From assembly GCA_907165135.1 (NCBI GenBank), contig OU015567.1:3782001-3846000 (forward strand): 64,000 nt of DNA, in the 5' to 3' direction. The position numbers and the translations under genes are program-made. The first letter of the stretch is position 1, and each line of letters opens with the position of its first letter. A model generated the notes under the pieces. The model was not told the DNA's origin, searched no databases, and was given only the letters and a program-made list of their open reading frames with translations. This document shows, in pieces, positions 37,601 through 50,770 of the stretch. This stretch comes from Oikopleura dioica (taxonomy: Eukaryota; Animalia; Chordata).

Positions 37601-39007
37601 CCCTGTTTGAATTTTAGCGCAAAAGAAAGGGGTCTCCAATATACCTCGATTTTGAAAAGATTGAGAACTCGTTCCTCATCAAAGCCGATGGGAACGTCGC
37701 GTACAACAAGACGGAACTTTTCGGGGCCAGATTTTGCTCGAATCTTGAGCCCATAATCGTCAACCTTGAATACACAATGTGTGGAAGGTGTAGGGATAGT
37801 GTTTCACCTGAAGAACAGCTGATTTGGTCTGGACAAGAGTGGCAATATGCTGCTCTGGGTCGGCGACGTCTTCGATGAATTTTTTCACTTGTGCGAAGTC
37901 ACAGAGAGTCATGATTTTGACGTAGTTCTGGAAAAAAGAAGGGAGTTATTGATCTGTATTCGGACTTGTTTGCTGCCAGCCTGATAGTCAAAATTATGAG
38001 TATTTAGCATCAAAAAGATGGTCGAAAATACAGTAGTTATTGAATGGCATTGACGGCCAGGCTGACAGTATAATTGTTCGAAGATAGTAATCCTCTTTGG
38101 TTGAATGAGCGTATTACCTCGTCGTCCATCTGGCTGCGCAAGTAGTGGTCCTGCACCAAGTTGTCCTGGCTGAAGTAATATTCCAGCTGGGCAATGAGTT
38201 GATCATCGCTCGACGATGAGTACATACAAGCTGGACAAAAATGGTCATCTAGAATTGATCGTTAGACAAAAGGGTTCGACGCCAGGAAGCTACAGCTACT
38301 CAAGCTTCTTCCTAGAACTACTTACTTTAAAAACATAACAAGATGTGATGATAGAATGATGAGAGAAGTACAGCTACTTAAATGTGGCGAAATGGTGGAT
38401 TGCTCCACCCAACTCTTGTTCGATTCTAGAGTTGGGCAGAACACTAGCTAACATTACAACAAAAACATTCAGTGTTCATTCAGAGTACAATTCGGTCGAA
38501 CAATAATTCAACCTCGAGGATAACAAAGAAAATGAAAAATGACGTGAGCAATTATCGACTTTTAGAAATCCGAGAGGACAGTTTTTTACTCTGATATGGA
38601 CACATTGAAGCAGAATTATCCGACTGTTCCAAAATGAAGGCCATTTTTGAGGTCAATGTTCATCAAAAAATATAGATACACGTCAAATATAATTACGGAA
38701 AAAGTCATTATTAATGATCAATAATCATCGTGACTATCGATTGTCACGGGCCTCCTCCTCTCGGGAAAACTAATTCTCTTTACGCAGAATCGCATATATT
38801 TTATATTCATATTTTCAAGCGCGTACGTCATTTCAGATTATTATTCCGCCTTCGCGGGATCGAAAAAGGGTTGATTCATTTCAAGAAGACAACGAGGAAA
38901 ACGGCTACAACATGCCATGCATCTGGATTCATTCTATCTGACTAGGGCTAGGACTTACCATTGTTGGAAGAATGAGCATTCGAAGAGTGGAGTGAAGGGC
39001 TGAGCAT
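34639..39007 (-). CDS. LARP4: La-related protein 4/4B
   Basis: La motif QLEYYFSQDNLVQDHYLRSQMD...LQVDDYGLKIR, followed by an RRM (LVVRDVP...WYVGFAHAEDAQKSMEHLR) and a long low-complexity tail with DFPTLG and RWADIA. ATG exon at 39007 joins in phase. Confidence 0.88.
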
Positions 39008-41058
39008 GTCCGTTCCGCGATCAAGGAGGAAGGAGTAGACCGCTCAAACCCAAAACGCGCCCGGTCCCAAAAGCCGGTCCGAAAACGAAAGAAAACGTCT
39101 AAACTTCAACAAGTTATTTTCTTTCCGTTTTCAAATTATCTGGTTGTGCAAAGTAGAAGTTTTCGAGCTAAGACTTTCTCGATAAAAAAAGGTCGCAAGA
39201 TCTTTTCTGTTATCACAAAAATTCAGCATAATTTTCTAAAATTCAATTTCCAGCGATAAAGCACTTGAAAAAGATAAATTTGCGCCGGCATACGGAAAAT
39301 TCCCAGCGCTGCGAAAAGCAAAAAAAACGCTCGTTACTAAAAAAAATAAGGAAAAAAGAAAAGAAGAGCAAATGCGAGGCGACGTGATAACGTGCCAAAT
39401 TTGTTGAATAGAAAATTAAGCCAGTTTCTTCTCGATTGTCAGGTTCAATTTGAAGTTTGAAAATTCAAGTAGATATAATTTTGAAGCGAAAATGCCAAGT
39501 CCAAGAAGTTCAAGCAGAAACCTAATTTCACGGTTCTCGGAGCATTATCGGACATTTTTAAACAAGCAGACAAACTCTAAAGCCTTTCATTGAGATACCC
39601 TTAATCAAATGGTAGGCCAATCAGATTTGAGAAGAAATTATCGCAAAAATTCGAGTTATTTTTCGCAATTTTCGTCGATCCGAGCCACAACCCTAGAATT
39701 AATCGTAATATTTCGATGATTTCTTGTTCCGAAATGATTCTCTTGAAGTCGAAAATTATTTTATTTACTGCTTCTCGAAATTGAGAGGTCAAAAAAAAAA
39801 GAGTAGTTGTTAGTTCCTGCTCGTACGTTTAGTTTACCAACGCACTTGAGCTTCTTTTTCCTCCTTTTTTTCTTGTCGCAGTAGGCGCAAATCGATTTTA
39901 TAATACATTTTCGAACATGCACCGTAATGCATATAAATTAGTCATTAAGGAGAGCCTGCGAAAAAAGGGGAATGCATGAAGCATTAATTGGTCATATCTA
40001 GCCCCCTCCCCTCTCACCCCCACCTCAAAAATTTCAAGAGGGGTGGGGGTTCTTGAAATTTATTTTATAAAATAATTTTGCCCGAATTTCTTCGAACAGG
40101 AAATTAACCCGAGCTCTACGATTTTCTTCATCAAAAGGGGAAAACATGAACCCATAAAAAACCAAAGATGGCCCTAATAATTACCCTGGAAAGAACGGAA
40201 AAATAAAAATTGAGTGAGTAAATTTTTCATCGTAAAATACACCGGCCAGGGAAAGAACTAGTGTTTGGTCAGGCTGGCATCCGTCCAGCGTAATTTTCAA
40301 AGGAAAATTAACAATTTCGAAAAAGAAACAAAATCTCCAAGCAAAATTTCATCAAGTTCAAAAACTTTCTTTGTAGCAAAATTGTCTGAGAGACAAAAAG
40401 TGATAATAAGAATATCTAGAGCTACATGTTATTTTCTAGAATTCATCAAAGTCTAATTTTCTAGAGTCTAGCTCTAGAATTTCGTGAAATAATCAAAATT
40501 AAAAGATAAAGAAATAATAAATTCGACACAAAATTTTTTTTTCGCTATGAAAACAAATATTTTTAGGTCAAAAGCCCTTCGCGCGCGGGAATTTTCCTTT
40601 CAATTTGTATTTTGGAGCCGAAAGTTGTTGTTTTCTTCGCAAAAATCTCTGGCAGAAATGAAGGTGGGGCATTTTTGGGGAGGAGGAAAACGGTAGGGGA
40701 CGGAAAAACAAGGGGAATGGAAAGAGAGGCCAGGAGTTCTCTTTTTTTTGTAACATTATCACGCGCATGCGGCCAATGTGGCGGGCGAAGTGCGTAGGTG
40801 GCCCAGCACGGACCTGGTCGATACCTCAACGCGCCCCAAAAGGATCATCCGGCCACGGCCATTTTTTCTAAAAAAAATGCGGGAAAACGGGCTTGAAAAT
40901 TTAAAAAAAGGGAAATTGAAGCTCATTTGCCGAAATTTTCGAACTTCAGTTTTTATTAAAATTTTTGAAGAAATTCAAAGCTGCAAAAAAAAAAACCATT
41001 TTTCGGGGTAGCGGCTCAAATCGACAAAAAATTAAACAAGAATTTGATTTTTGCGACA

Positions 41059-41194
41059 AATTTTCTGTCATCTGATTGGTAGAATCGCAGATGTGGACAT
41101 CTGACTTGTCTACAATTGTCGCAATTTTGACCAAATTTTAGACGAATCAGATGTCCGCATTCGGCTGGTAGGCCAATCAGATCGCAGAAAAATT
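41059..41194. repeat. Degenerate hairpin or MITE relic carrying CCAATCAG motifs
   Basis: Imperfect ~50-bp inverted arms (tctgtcatctgattgg...ttgtcta and tagacgaatc...ccaatcagatcgcaga). ggtaggccaatcagat also occurs at 39611-39626. Confidence 0.45.
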
Positions 41195-41831
41195 AACGTA
41201 ATTTTTCTGTGTGGGCAGCCAATTGCCAACCAATCAAAAGGGTGCTCTCGCCGAGTAAGCGAATCAGATTTTAGAACGAATCTTTGGGTTTGTTCCAGCT
41301 GAATGTTTTCTGAGATTTTCATTCCTATTCTGATCTCTAAAAAATTGTTTCATTTTTACTTGCAAATAAAGGTCACAAATAGAAGAATGGGTGAAGAAAG
41401 CTGCTAATCGAAATAGCTTCGTTTTTCATGCCTACGCTGTTTTCGAGTTATATTTTTAGCAGCAGAAAAAAGGAGGAGTATATTCTCAATACAAAGTAGA
41501 CGGGATCAATAATTGTCCGCATGGAACACGTCAGAATCCAGGAGTGAAAGATTTGGGGAGAAAATGACGCGATTTGAAATTAATGATTCTGCCCTCATTC
41601 AGGACTCGTCGATTATGACTACAATCGTCAATTGTAGCACAAGATAAAATAAAATCTATTGGCGAAAAATGTATCTTTATTTGCGTCCAAAGTTCGCCAA
41701 TTCTGCATTCTGCCCTTCGATCGTGAACTATTGGAGTCTAGCCAGGCAAATAAAATATTTTGGTAATTTGCTGCACTCATCTGAAAAATCTCTGCGCAGA
41801 ATTCAGAAAACAAAAATAATTTATCCCGAAA

Positions 41832-44403
41832 ATGAAGAGAACAGTTCCACGCGCCTTTTCGCGGCGACCGAGATTTTCGAAAGAGAAGCATCTTGAAAAG
41901 TCGGCGCTGCCAACGATGCACTTTCAGGATAGTCTTCCGAAGTTGGGAATTCCAGAGTTGAAGAAAACAGAAATGAGGGTGGTAAATGCGGTGGAAGCTT
42001 TGGCCGGACATCCGAATTTTTCGAAGACTGCGATTGAAGATTTTCGGACAAAATGGGATGATTACATGAAAACAGGTTAACTTAGATTTTAAGAAAATCG
42101 CTCAAAATTGAACTTTTTGATCTTATTTTGAGAAATAACAAAAAATGTGACTGAGTAAGAAAATTTTTGATTAAGACGCTCAGAAACTCGACAAAACTCT
42201 CCGAGAAAGCGACGCAAAACAACCTGACACGAACTATGTCAACAAGCCCTGGACTCAAATGTATTTGGCCGACAGAAGGCCACTCCCATTCAATTACAAT
42301 CCAGGGGTCGCCATTTGTGACGTAACTGGTCCCAATGATCGGCCAAACCAACTCGTTCGCGCTGCTCAAGTCATTTGGGCAACGACAAAGTATCATTTGA
42401 CGATGAAAGATGGTTACATGGAGCCGGAACTGGCCAATTTCGGCGGCCCTCCGACCAGCAAAATGAATCTTTTGTCCCGAGCGCTTCCGAATATTAGAAT
42501 CTCAAAAGGAAAGATCAAAAATCAAAGCTTGAAATACCTTCCTTATGCTCAAAACAACGCTTTTCCACTTGACATGGCGCAGTATCCTGATTTGTTGTTC
42601 ACAACTAGAATTCCACAAAAAGGACTGGACAGAATTTATCACACAAATTGTCCTTCAAACCGTCACGTGGTTGTCCTTCTCAAGGAATAGGGTGGGAAAT
42701 ACAAGGGTTTCTTAGGTTTACGAAATTTTGATTGGTCAAAGCATGTTATATTGGCCTCTTATTGGTTGAATAACCCTCTTTCTCCAATAAGCTCCTTTAT
42801 TGAGAACTTTGCCCACCCTAGCCGAAGGGTCGATTCTACAAAATCGACGCAATCACTCCTTCTGGTTTTCCAAGAGACGAATTAGAAATCTACGCCGATT
42901 TGAAAGAAATCCTCGCGCATGGAGAAAACCTCGAAAATGATGAAGCTTCCATCGCTGCTTTCACTTCTGCTGAGCGAGACAGCTGGGCGGAGATCAGGGA
43001 AGAAATTCTAGAGAACGATAATAACAAGAAAGCAATGGAGATGATTGACAACTCGATGTTCGTTCTAGCGCTCGATTCTAGAGCGTACCAATCAGCTGAC
43101 GAGCTTCTCAGAGAAGGAATCGGCGGTCCAGGTTTGTTGAAATCGAAGATTTTCTTACTTGATTTCATCTTTTCAGCAATCAATAGATACTATGACAAAT
43201 CCCTTACCATCGTCATTGGAGAATGCGGCATGCCAGTCATAAATTTCGAACACGCCTGGGGCGATGGAGCAGCGGTCCTGTCTTTCATGACGAAAATGAA
43301 TGCCTATGTCAAGGATTCGCTGAAAAATGGCGACTGTATTCTTACGAATGACAACTGCTCTAGTGTAAAGAACAGCGGAAATCTGGAACTTCTAAGTTTC
43401 GAGCTCGATGAGAAAATAAAGACTAAAGCGAGAGAAATCGCAAAAGAGCATGATGCGAAAAACTCTAGATTGGAAAGCAAGCATTTGTTGCTTGGAAATG
43501 CTCCATTGACAAATGTCGGACAGTACTGGAAGGAGGGAGAGTAAGGATCTCTTTACACTGGCAGATTGGTGATTTAGTTTTCAGAGCGGAGAAGATCAAG
43601 GCCTTCAACGATATCAACCGCGTTTGGATGAAAAAGTGAAGATCGGCGCTGATGGATTCCTTCAACTCGCACTCCAACTTGCTGGGCGAAAATACTATGG
43701 ACACCCAGGTTCGCTTTCTTTACCAGAAAATTGGTTCATCGAAAGACTTCAGTTTCCGCTTATGAATCCGCTTCGACGTCTATGTTCAAAATGGGCCGAA
43801 CAGAATGCATCCGACCAGCAACAAAAGAAGCACAAGCTTGTTGCGAAGAATATCTTAGAGAAAATATCGACAATCAAAAATTCGCAGAACTCATTAGAGC
43901 TGCTATTAAAAGGCACAATCAGCAGACAAAGGTATTGCAGTTTGTCCTGTTCTTGAGCTCTAGAATGATTTAGGATTGCCTCGGCGGAAACGGTTGGGAT
44001 CGGCATATTTTTGGACTGAGAGTTCAACATGGAGAGCAGCAAGTTCCGATGCATGAGGTTTTCGGAACAGAAGTTTTCGCGGGACTCTATGACTTTCCGA
44101 TTTCTACCTCAACTCTCAACTCGGTAACATTGTTGAAAATATGCCTTGAAAATGATCTAATAGGATAACATTTCAACTGGTGGTTTTGGTCCGGTGACGC
44201 AAAATGGCTTTGGAATTGGTTATATAATCAGAAAAGATTGGATTGCTGTCACTCTTTCCGGCTTCAAGGTAAAGAAAAAGCTTGGAAATAGAAAAAACGG
44301 ACAAAATAAGGACCAGGGAGCTGATGTTCAAGAATTCGCAAAACTCGTCGAAGAAGCCTTTCTGACAATGAAAACCGCAATCGATTCAACAATGGAGAGT
44401 TAA
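41832..44403 (+). CDS. CPT2: Carnitine palmitoyltransferase 2; apparent 1-nt frameshift at 43631-43635
   Basis: Arg-rich mitochondrial presequence, PTMHFQDSLPKLGIP, MYLADRRPLPFNYNP, NRYYDKS, catalytic FEHAWGDGAAVL, YESASTSMFKMGRTECIRPAT, GWDRHIFGL. Confidence 0.92.
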
Positions 44404-44597
44404 ATTAGAACAAATTTTCTGTCTTTATTCAAAAGCTAGAATTCATAAAAAATAAATTAGATCAGTATCTTTCAAATGATGATTTTGAACCTTCCCAGGA
44501 GCAAATCAAATACGGAGAATTCTCTTATCAGTTGAGCCGCTTGACTCGAGCCTCAATTTGAATCACTCAATCTCGACCTCAAAGAGAGAACGAAATA

Positions 44598-45314
44598 ATG
44601 CAGAGAAAATCGAGAAAGTCGGTGAAGATAACGACGAATGTCGATAAAGCAAGCCTTGGCGCAAACCTTTGGGACATTTGCTGTGGAATCTATCTGACTC
44701 TTGTTGGGGTGGTCGTTTTCTTCCTTGTTTTTCTTGGTAAGATTTCATAAAATGACTTATCTGACAGTTTCTCAGCCGATGGAATATCCGAAATCACAAT
44801 ATGCCTCTTTGCTGGATTTCCGATCGCTGCTTTGGGTCTTCTTCGACTTGTAGTGCTGCTCCCACGACGAATAGGGAACAAAATCAGGGCGATGAAAACC
44901 GCTTACGAATTGAAAATAGCACTTTTCTCTTGCTTCATCATTTTCGCCAATGTCATTTTATGTGAGTTCCTTCCCTCGATCGCCTTATATAAATCGATTT
45001 AAGATTGTGGAGTCACATCTTGTGAGGACATTTCCAATAAGGAAAGAGGCAATATTCACACCGTCGACGATTGGGCTAAGAGCTTCTTTCACCAGTCCAA
45101 AAAGCATCAAGCGGAGCACAGTTTTTGCCAATTACGATCGAAAAGCCATTTCAAAGAAGATCACTTTATAAATTGTCGAAGGAACTTTCCGACAATACAG
45201 AAGGCTGCAATGAAGCTTCATCCGGGAAATTTCATCTTGAACTTTCGGTTGGAATTTCTAAATTGCGTCAATAATAAAGTGGTCGTGAATCAAGATGGAA
45301 TCTTAGGAATGTGA
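44598..45314 (+). CDS. Uncharacterised membrane protein with about three transmembrane segments
   Basis: Three exons join in phase through GT-AG introns; hydrophobic segments GIYLTLVGVVVFFLVFL, ITICLFAGFPIAALGLL and IALFSCFIIFANVIL. Family not recognised. Confidence 0.5.
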
Positions 45315-45446
45315 TTTTCAATATAAAGATATTTCATATATGTTAGTAGTTAATCTTATAAATCAATAAAAGACTCTCTTGCCTGCACAAAAATCTCGAA
45401 GTTCTGCAGAAAATCGCTTCTTGAAAAATACAACAGCACTGAAACG

Positions 45447-45752
45447 ATGAGAAAGATTCTACCCCTGCACTCTCGATCCTCAATTCTCAGTTACTTAAAA
45501 GATTTGACTTACTCATTGAAGTTGCTAATGATATCATCAGAAAAGTGGGTCGTAGACGCAGAAGGCAAACAAATCGGTCATAGATTAAAAAATAAGAAAA
45601 CGAGGATTTATCCGACACTATTGGATGCTTATCTTGAAGAATTCCCGGGGAACCAAGACACAACAGTAAAATTCGACTACGAGGGCGTTTTCGAATATCA
45701 GGTGAAACTATCACAGAAGTCGAAAGGTTATATCAAGTTTGAAGGATATTGA
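45447..45752 (+). CDS. Uncharacterised 101-aa ORF, weak WWE-like resemblance
   Basis: ATG-to-stop ORF in a gene-dense co-oriented block. KWVV...IYPTLLDAYLEE...YQV only loosely resembles a WWE domain. Confidence 0.25.
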   Translation: MRKILPLHSRSSILSYLKDLTYSLKLLMISSEKWVVDAEGKQIGHRLKNKKTRIYPTLLDAYLEEFPGNQDTTVKFDYEGVFEYQVKLSQKSKGYIKFEGY

Positions 45753-46237
45753 CTCATTTCTCGATGCATGTATGTTCATCGAAATTTTCACTTTTATCAT
45801 TTGCAATTCAATCGTCGCTAGGCTTGTTCTCGCTCACCTAAGAATCAAAGATGCCCAGAAAAAGAAACCTGCAAGAACAAAGCTAAACACTATTTATCCT
45901 GTGAGAAATTAGCGATAGCAATTCAAATGTCAAATAAAATTATTCCAATTCTTAATTCTCACTAATGAGTAATTACGCGATTAGAAATTACGTAAAATCC
46001 AAAAATGTCGTCTTTGCCAATCGAGAATCTTTATCGCTCCCATAAATCCGCCAAAATTTATTAAAAGTAATTGCTATAACTCGCCGGAGTTACTTCCCTT
46101 TGACGCAGCGCGGGTCATTTATCGTCATTTAGCGCATAAGCCGCGAACGAAATTATTTTTATGATCACCATTTATAAAGCGCCGCAATGGCTTCATTTTT
46201 CATATCAAAACTAAAAAACCAACCAACAACACGAAAA

Positions 46238-48944
46238 ATGAAACTTTTGTCTTCCTTGCTATCAGCAGCGCTGGGCGACATCTACCTCCACTTTCCAAGA
46301 GGCTCCAACAATCGCCTAAACGAGCATACAGAAAATCGAGCAAATGCGAATCGCCTCTATGACTCGGAAAACAACAATCAGGGAGGATACAATGTCGGTG
46401 ACAAGACTGATCTTGAGGCAGAAGATATGAGCGGCCAATCGAAAGCTGTCTACTTCCAGTCGGGATCATCACCATCGGAATTGACGCTAGAATGGACAAA
46501 TCAACACGGCTGTGGGAGAAAAGGGGCCAACGATGCGAATTGGGTCGACTGTTCGTACACAATCCAGTACATGTGCCAGGTAAAAAAACACTTTGCTCTC
46601 TTCTTTTTCTTTATGTTTTTAGCCTGTCGGCTCCAGTAGCATCCAAAACGGATTCGACACCGAAACATCCACCTATACTCCTCCGCCAGACATGGGCATG
46701 GAAAGCGAACAAGCATATCTCGACCGAATGGTCTACGATGCCGAGCGATCAGCAGACAAGGGCATCCACGAGTCCTGGCACTACTACGACAACTGCTACA
46801 AACGAGAGCGAAATCGAGGTCTCTTCGTTGCCGATCAAAATCGAAATCGAGACCGAGGAGCCACGCGAACTCGGCAAAACCCAGCTGGAAATCAATATGG
46901 CTACGAGTGCCCTGAAGAACGGGATTACTATCCTTACTGGCACCCTTCACCGTGGGTCGACATTGCTTATCTGACCTCAGAAACCGGACAGTGTCCAGAA
47001 ATTGCGGAAAACTCTGGAAATCGAGCGCCAAAGAATCTTTGCGTCCAGTATTATGAGGAATCCGACATCAGAATGCCTTCCATGGCTAACCACGAGGAAG
47101 CCTGCTTAGCCGTTGGAGGCGAGTGGACAAGCTTTTACAACTACCAAGAGATCATCAACGAGATCGAATCGGAACAAGAATGCATGGACAAAGCTGGAGA
47201 CATTGGAAAAGTCTACGGAGATGACATGCTCTGGGCTTTTCCTTTCTTTGACAATGAAATGGTAGCACCTGAAGAGAAATGCCTCATTTTCGCACCAGAA
47301 ATAATTTGTCAGAAAGCAGAGTACACGAGAGCCAATCATCTTGGAAACACAAAAGGTAAAATTTTTATAGAAATCAACGACGAAGCGTAAAATAAGCAAG
47401 TTTCTATATTCATTCTACTTTCTAGCCGTTGAATCACCATCCTTCACATGGACTCTTCCGAATTTCTACAGCGAAGAAACGCGCGACTGCGCTCTTCGAG
47501 TTCGATACAACATCACAACCAACGATTACCCCGATGAGTTTGACTCTCGAAACACGGAAAGCTACTATGACATTCTCAAGCTTGATAACGATCCAACCGT
47601 AACAATGTTTGACAACCTCGAGTTGCAGGTAATTTTGATCGATGATGATCGATCGGCCAAAATTATTCAAAATAAAGGACACTTTAATACTAACCCTTGT
47701 GAACAAAGATGGTTTTAATTAAGACTTTTCGATGGTGATTGATTTGATTCAGCACTAAATTAGAGGACTCATAAACTAAATGAACTTTTTTAGCTCGCCA
47801 TCAACACCGCCCAAGTGTCTCGAGTCTTCCAAGACCGATCTCATTTGTTTCAAATCGCCCCCCGTCCGGCCGAAGTTGATGATGACCGAAAAATCGTCAA
47901 CGTCGGTGTTCGAGGACGACGAGGGAATATTGTTCAAGCCTACCCATCTGTCGAATACGATTTCTCTCCTCAGAACTTGGAAGTTACATCCGAAGATCTT
48001 GTCCACATCCAATGGGAGGGCAGCAACACTAATCCCGCTTCAGATGGCGAAGGTCGAGAACATACCGATAGAAATAACTGGGTGCCAATGGTCGTTCCTG
48101 GCGCCAGTATTCCATTTGGCGAGCCAAACCCTGGCTCTCCTGAAACCTTTTCATTCGTTGAAAACGGCGAAACAATAACTTTGGAGGCGAACCGATTCAA
48201 CAACGTCCAGGCGAAGGAATTGAAAACTCTCTGCGAGTCGATTGACTCAACGATCCCAGTACCGACGAGTCAAGAATACAATGACGCTCTTGAGGCATTC
48301 AACAGAAAAGCGAATGGAAACTCGAGAGGAAACTTCTTCCTCGGCATAAGCGATGAAGAAGAAGAAGGAGAATGGCTCGACATGCACTCAGGTACAAAAC
48401 AGGAAAGCATATCGAGGCCTTATTTTTGTTCTAGGAAAGCCCATCAGCTATTTCAACTGGCGACGAAATCGACCCAACAACAAAGATGGCGCCGAGCACT
48501 ATGCTTTCATGATCAGCAACGGACAATGGGAAGACGTCGAGGAGGGTCGAACCGTCAGCGGCGCCATCTGTGTCCGACCCTTTGTTCCTAAAGAATACCA
48601 GCTTCCGGATATGATCGAAGAATGGGTCTGGACAAGCGTCGATGGAGTAGACAAGTCTGAAACTGATAATTTTTACGTCCAAATGGCTTCATCCGGGTAA
48701 TAATGACTCTCAAAAGACAAAGGATTACCCTCAATTTAGCTATTACGGATGTAAAGATGACGGAACCTGTGATCGAGCACTCAACGACGAAGATCTTACG
48801 AAAATGAACGCGAAGCTGAACAACGCTCCAGCTCAGTTCCTTGGAAATATCGTCCGATTCAAGTCAGGAAATCATCAAGCCATGTGCACAAGAAACAACA
48901 ACTTTTCTAACCGTGCTCAGAAGACTGATATTACTGTCATTTAA
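46238..48944 (+). CDS. DD3-3 family secreted protein with an inserted C-type lectin domain
   Basis: DIYLHFPRGSNNRL, NNNQGGYN, EWTNQHGCG, ERNRGLFVADQ, YECPEERDYYPYWHP, LAINTAQ...FQDRSH and MCTRNNNFSNRAQK are DD3-3 motifs. A lectin domain lies at ~48178-48590. No C-terminal transmembrane segment. Confidence 0.85.
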
Positions 48945-49379
48945 AATCATTATCTCTTCACATTTTCAGACTGTAACATCTTTTATGAACTGTATTTTAT
49001 GAAATAAAAACAAATATTATTTCAAATATTTTGGTTTATTTATCTTAACACTCAATGATTGAGTCGCAAATGGATTTCTGTCTCATTTTTCTTCCTCGTT
49101 GCAGCAAGCCCGACTCTGGAATATCCAAACGCGCTTGAGTTCCTCTCAAAATTGAAAACCGAAGAACAATAATTTATCAAGAAATCTTAGTTTTGTTTTT
49201 TCGACATCATGTGACCGTATCTGAGTAAAAAAAGGAAGATTCTAAAAAAATTAAAAAAAAAACATTTCCTTCCACAAAAACTTCCATCTCTTCGTCAGAT
49301 TTTTCAGAGCTACTCTTGACAGATGTACTCGCTGTTTCAATTTCACTATTTTCGTTGCATAACTCAACATCGAGAACAA

Positions 49380-50501
49380 CTATGAAAATGATGAAAACTC
49401 ATTGCACTGATATGTTCTACCTGGATAAAGAAACTGAGACTTCCTTATCTCGTTGAAAATTTTCCAGCCTTTCAATTGCCAAGCTTTTATCCCTTTTTGG
49501 CGAAAAGCAGCTAGCTCGTTTTTATGGTTCAATATCTCAACTCTCTTCTGAGTATGATCTTTTATAATTTTTATAAGGTCGACCAAGGATTTCGTAGGAT
49601 TAGAGCATTTTCTTCCATAGCTTCCTTTTACATTTCCGGCAGAGCGATATCGGTATGTTACGACATACCGATGCTTGCTAACAGCTGGATACTCAGTGTA
49701 TTTCGCAAAACCGACTCCAAGTTTTGTTGAATCTTTCCAAATCAGTTGAGTATAATGGCCAATCTTTCGCTCTTGATCGCGATCTTCTCTCGGCTCCTTT
49801 GTATAAAAATTAAGACAGCCATAATAGTCATTGATCTCCTCATAAAATGCATCGATTCCATGAACAACATCATGAAAAGGATGGGAGCTATGATGAAGTA
49901 AGTTTTCCCCAGCACCATGTGTCTCAGTAACGTGGCCAGTTACGTTCAATTTCGACTGCTCATTTGCTCCAGTTTGTGCTTCTTGACAAAGAGTTTTGCT
50001 GATTTTATAAAATAAATCAATTAACTGCCTAAGATACATACCACAGAACCATTGGCGGGGTGTCTGGATGAAAAGAGCGATAAAAATTATGCCGAAAGAG
50101 GGCTTCGATTTGGTATTCTTTGAAGCCCTCTTTCAAGTACTTTTGCCTTTCTCCTGGGTTTTCGCCCAGTGATAAAAGCCTTCCTTTGTCAAATTTCAAA
50201 TGACTATTTCCATTCGATTCAGTTTGACATAGTCGGTCATGAACGGCGATCGCTTCTGTTTGAGCCCTTCGGTCTTGAACCTCATTTTTTGTTTGAGTGG
50301 TTGTATTGCTGTTTTTATTTGAACAAATTTGAAAGACAAACAAATTTTTTCGTAAAAAAGTCAAGTTTTCCTGAAAAACTCATCGAAATCATATTGATCG
50401 ATCCTAGTCCCGCATTCAGAACTTTTCTTAATCTCTGTCTGTGCCGCTGTATCAGCCAATTCTACGGGCTCTTCGTAGATTTTCGACTGATTGCAGCCCA
50501 T
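49380..50501 (-). CDS. CAP/SCP-domain protein, GLIPR2/GAPR-1-like; 3' end uncertain
   Basis: MGCNQSK lipidation-type N-terminus, HNFYRSFH, GENL, GHYTQLIWKDSTKLGVG, YRYRSAGNV. Confidence 0.85.
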
Positions 50502-50770
50502 CGTGAATAGGGGTCTGAGACTGTCAACGAGCTTCCTAGGAATATTGACATTCCACTTCCGTGTGCTCAATTTTTTAAAGATCAATAAACGAGGTGCATT
50601 TTTGCTCTCGTCTTTTATGACCGAGCTTTTTTCAGACTTGCAAATGTCAAGTTCAAGAAAGCTAAGCCACTCAAGGTTTTGTCTACCACCGGGTGCTCAA
50701 ACGTTGCCTCTGTCTCTAGAATAAAAGATCGAGCAGTCAATAAAAATGACAGAAAAATCAGTTCCAAGAA

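Noticed and set aside
44728-44770. Apparent frameshift at a T5 run in the membrane-protein gene
   Set aside because: A second acceptor (tttctcag) 8 nt downstream restores phase with a normal 39-nt GT-AG intron.
46501-47031. 176-aa minus-strand ORF and overlapping alternative frames
   Set aside because: They are antisense or out-of-frame shadows of DD3-3 exons.
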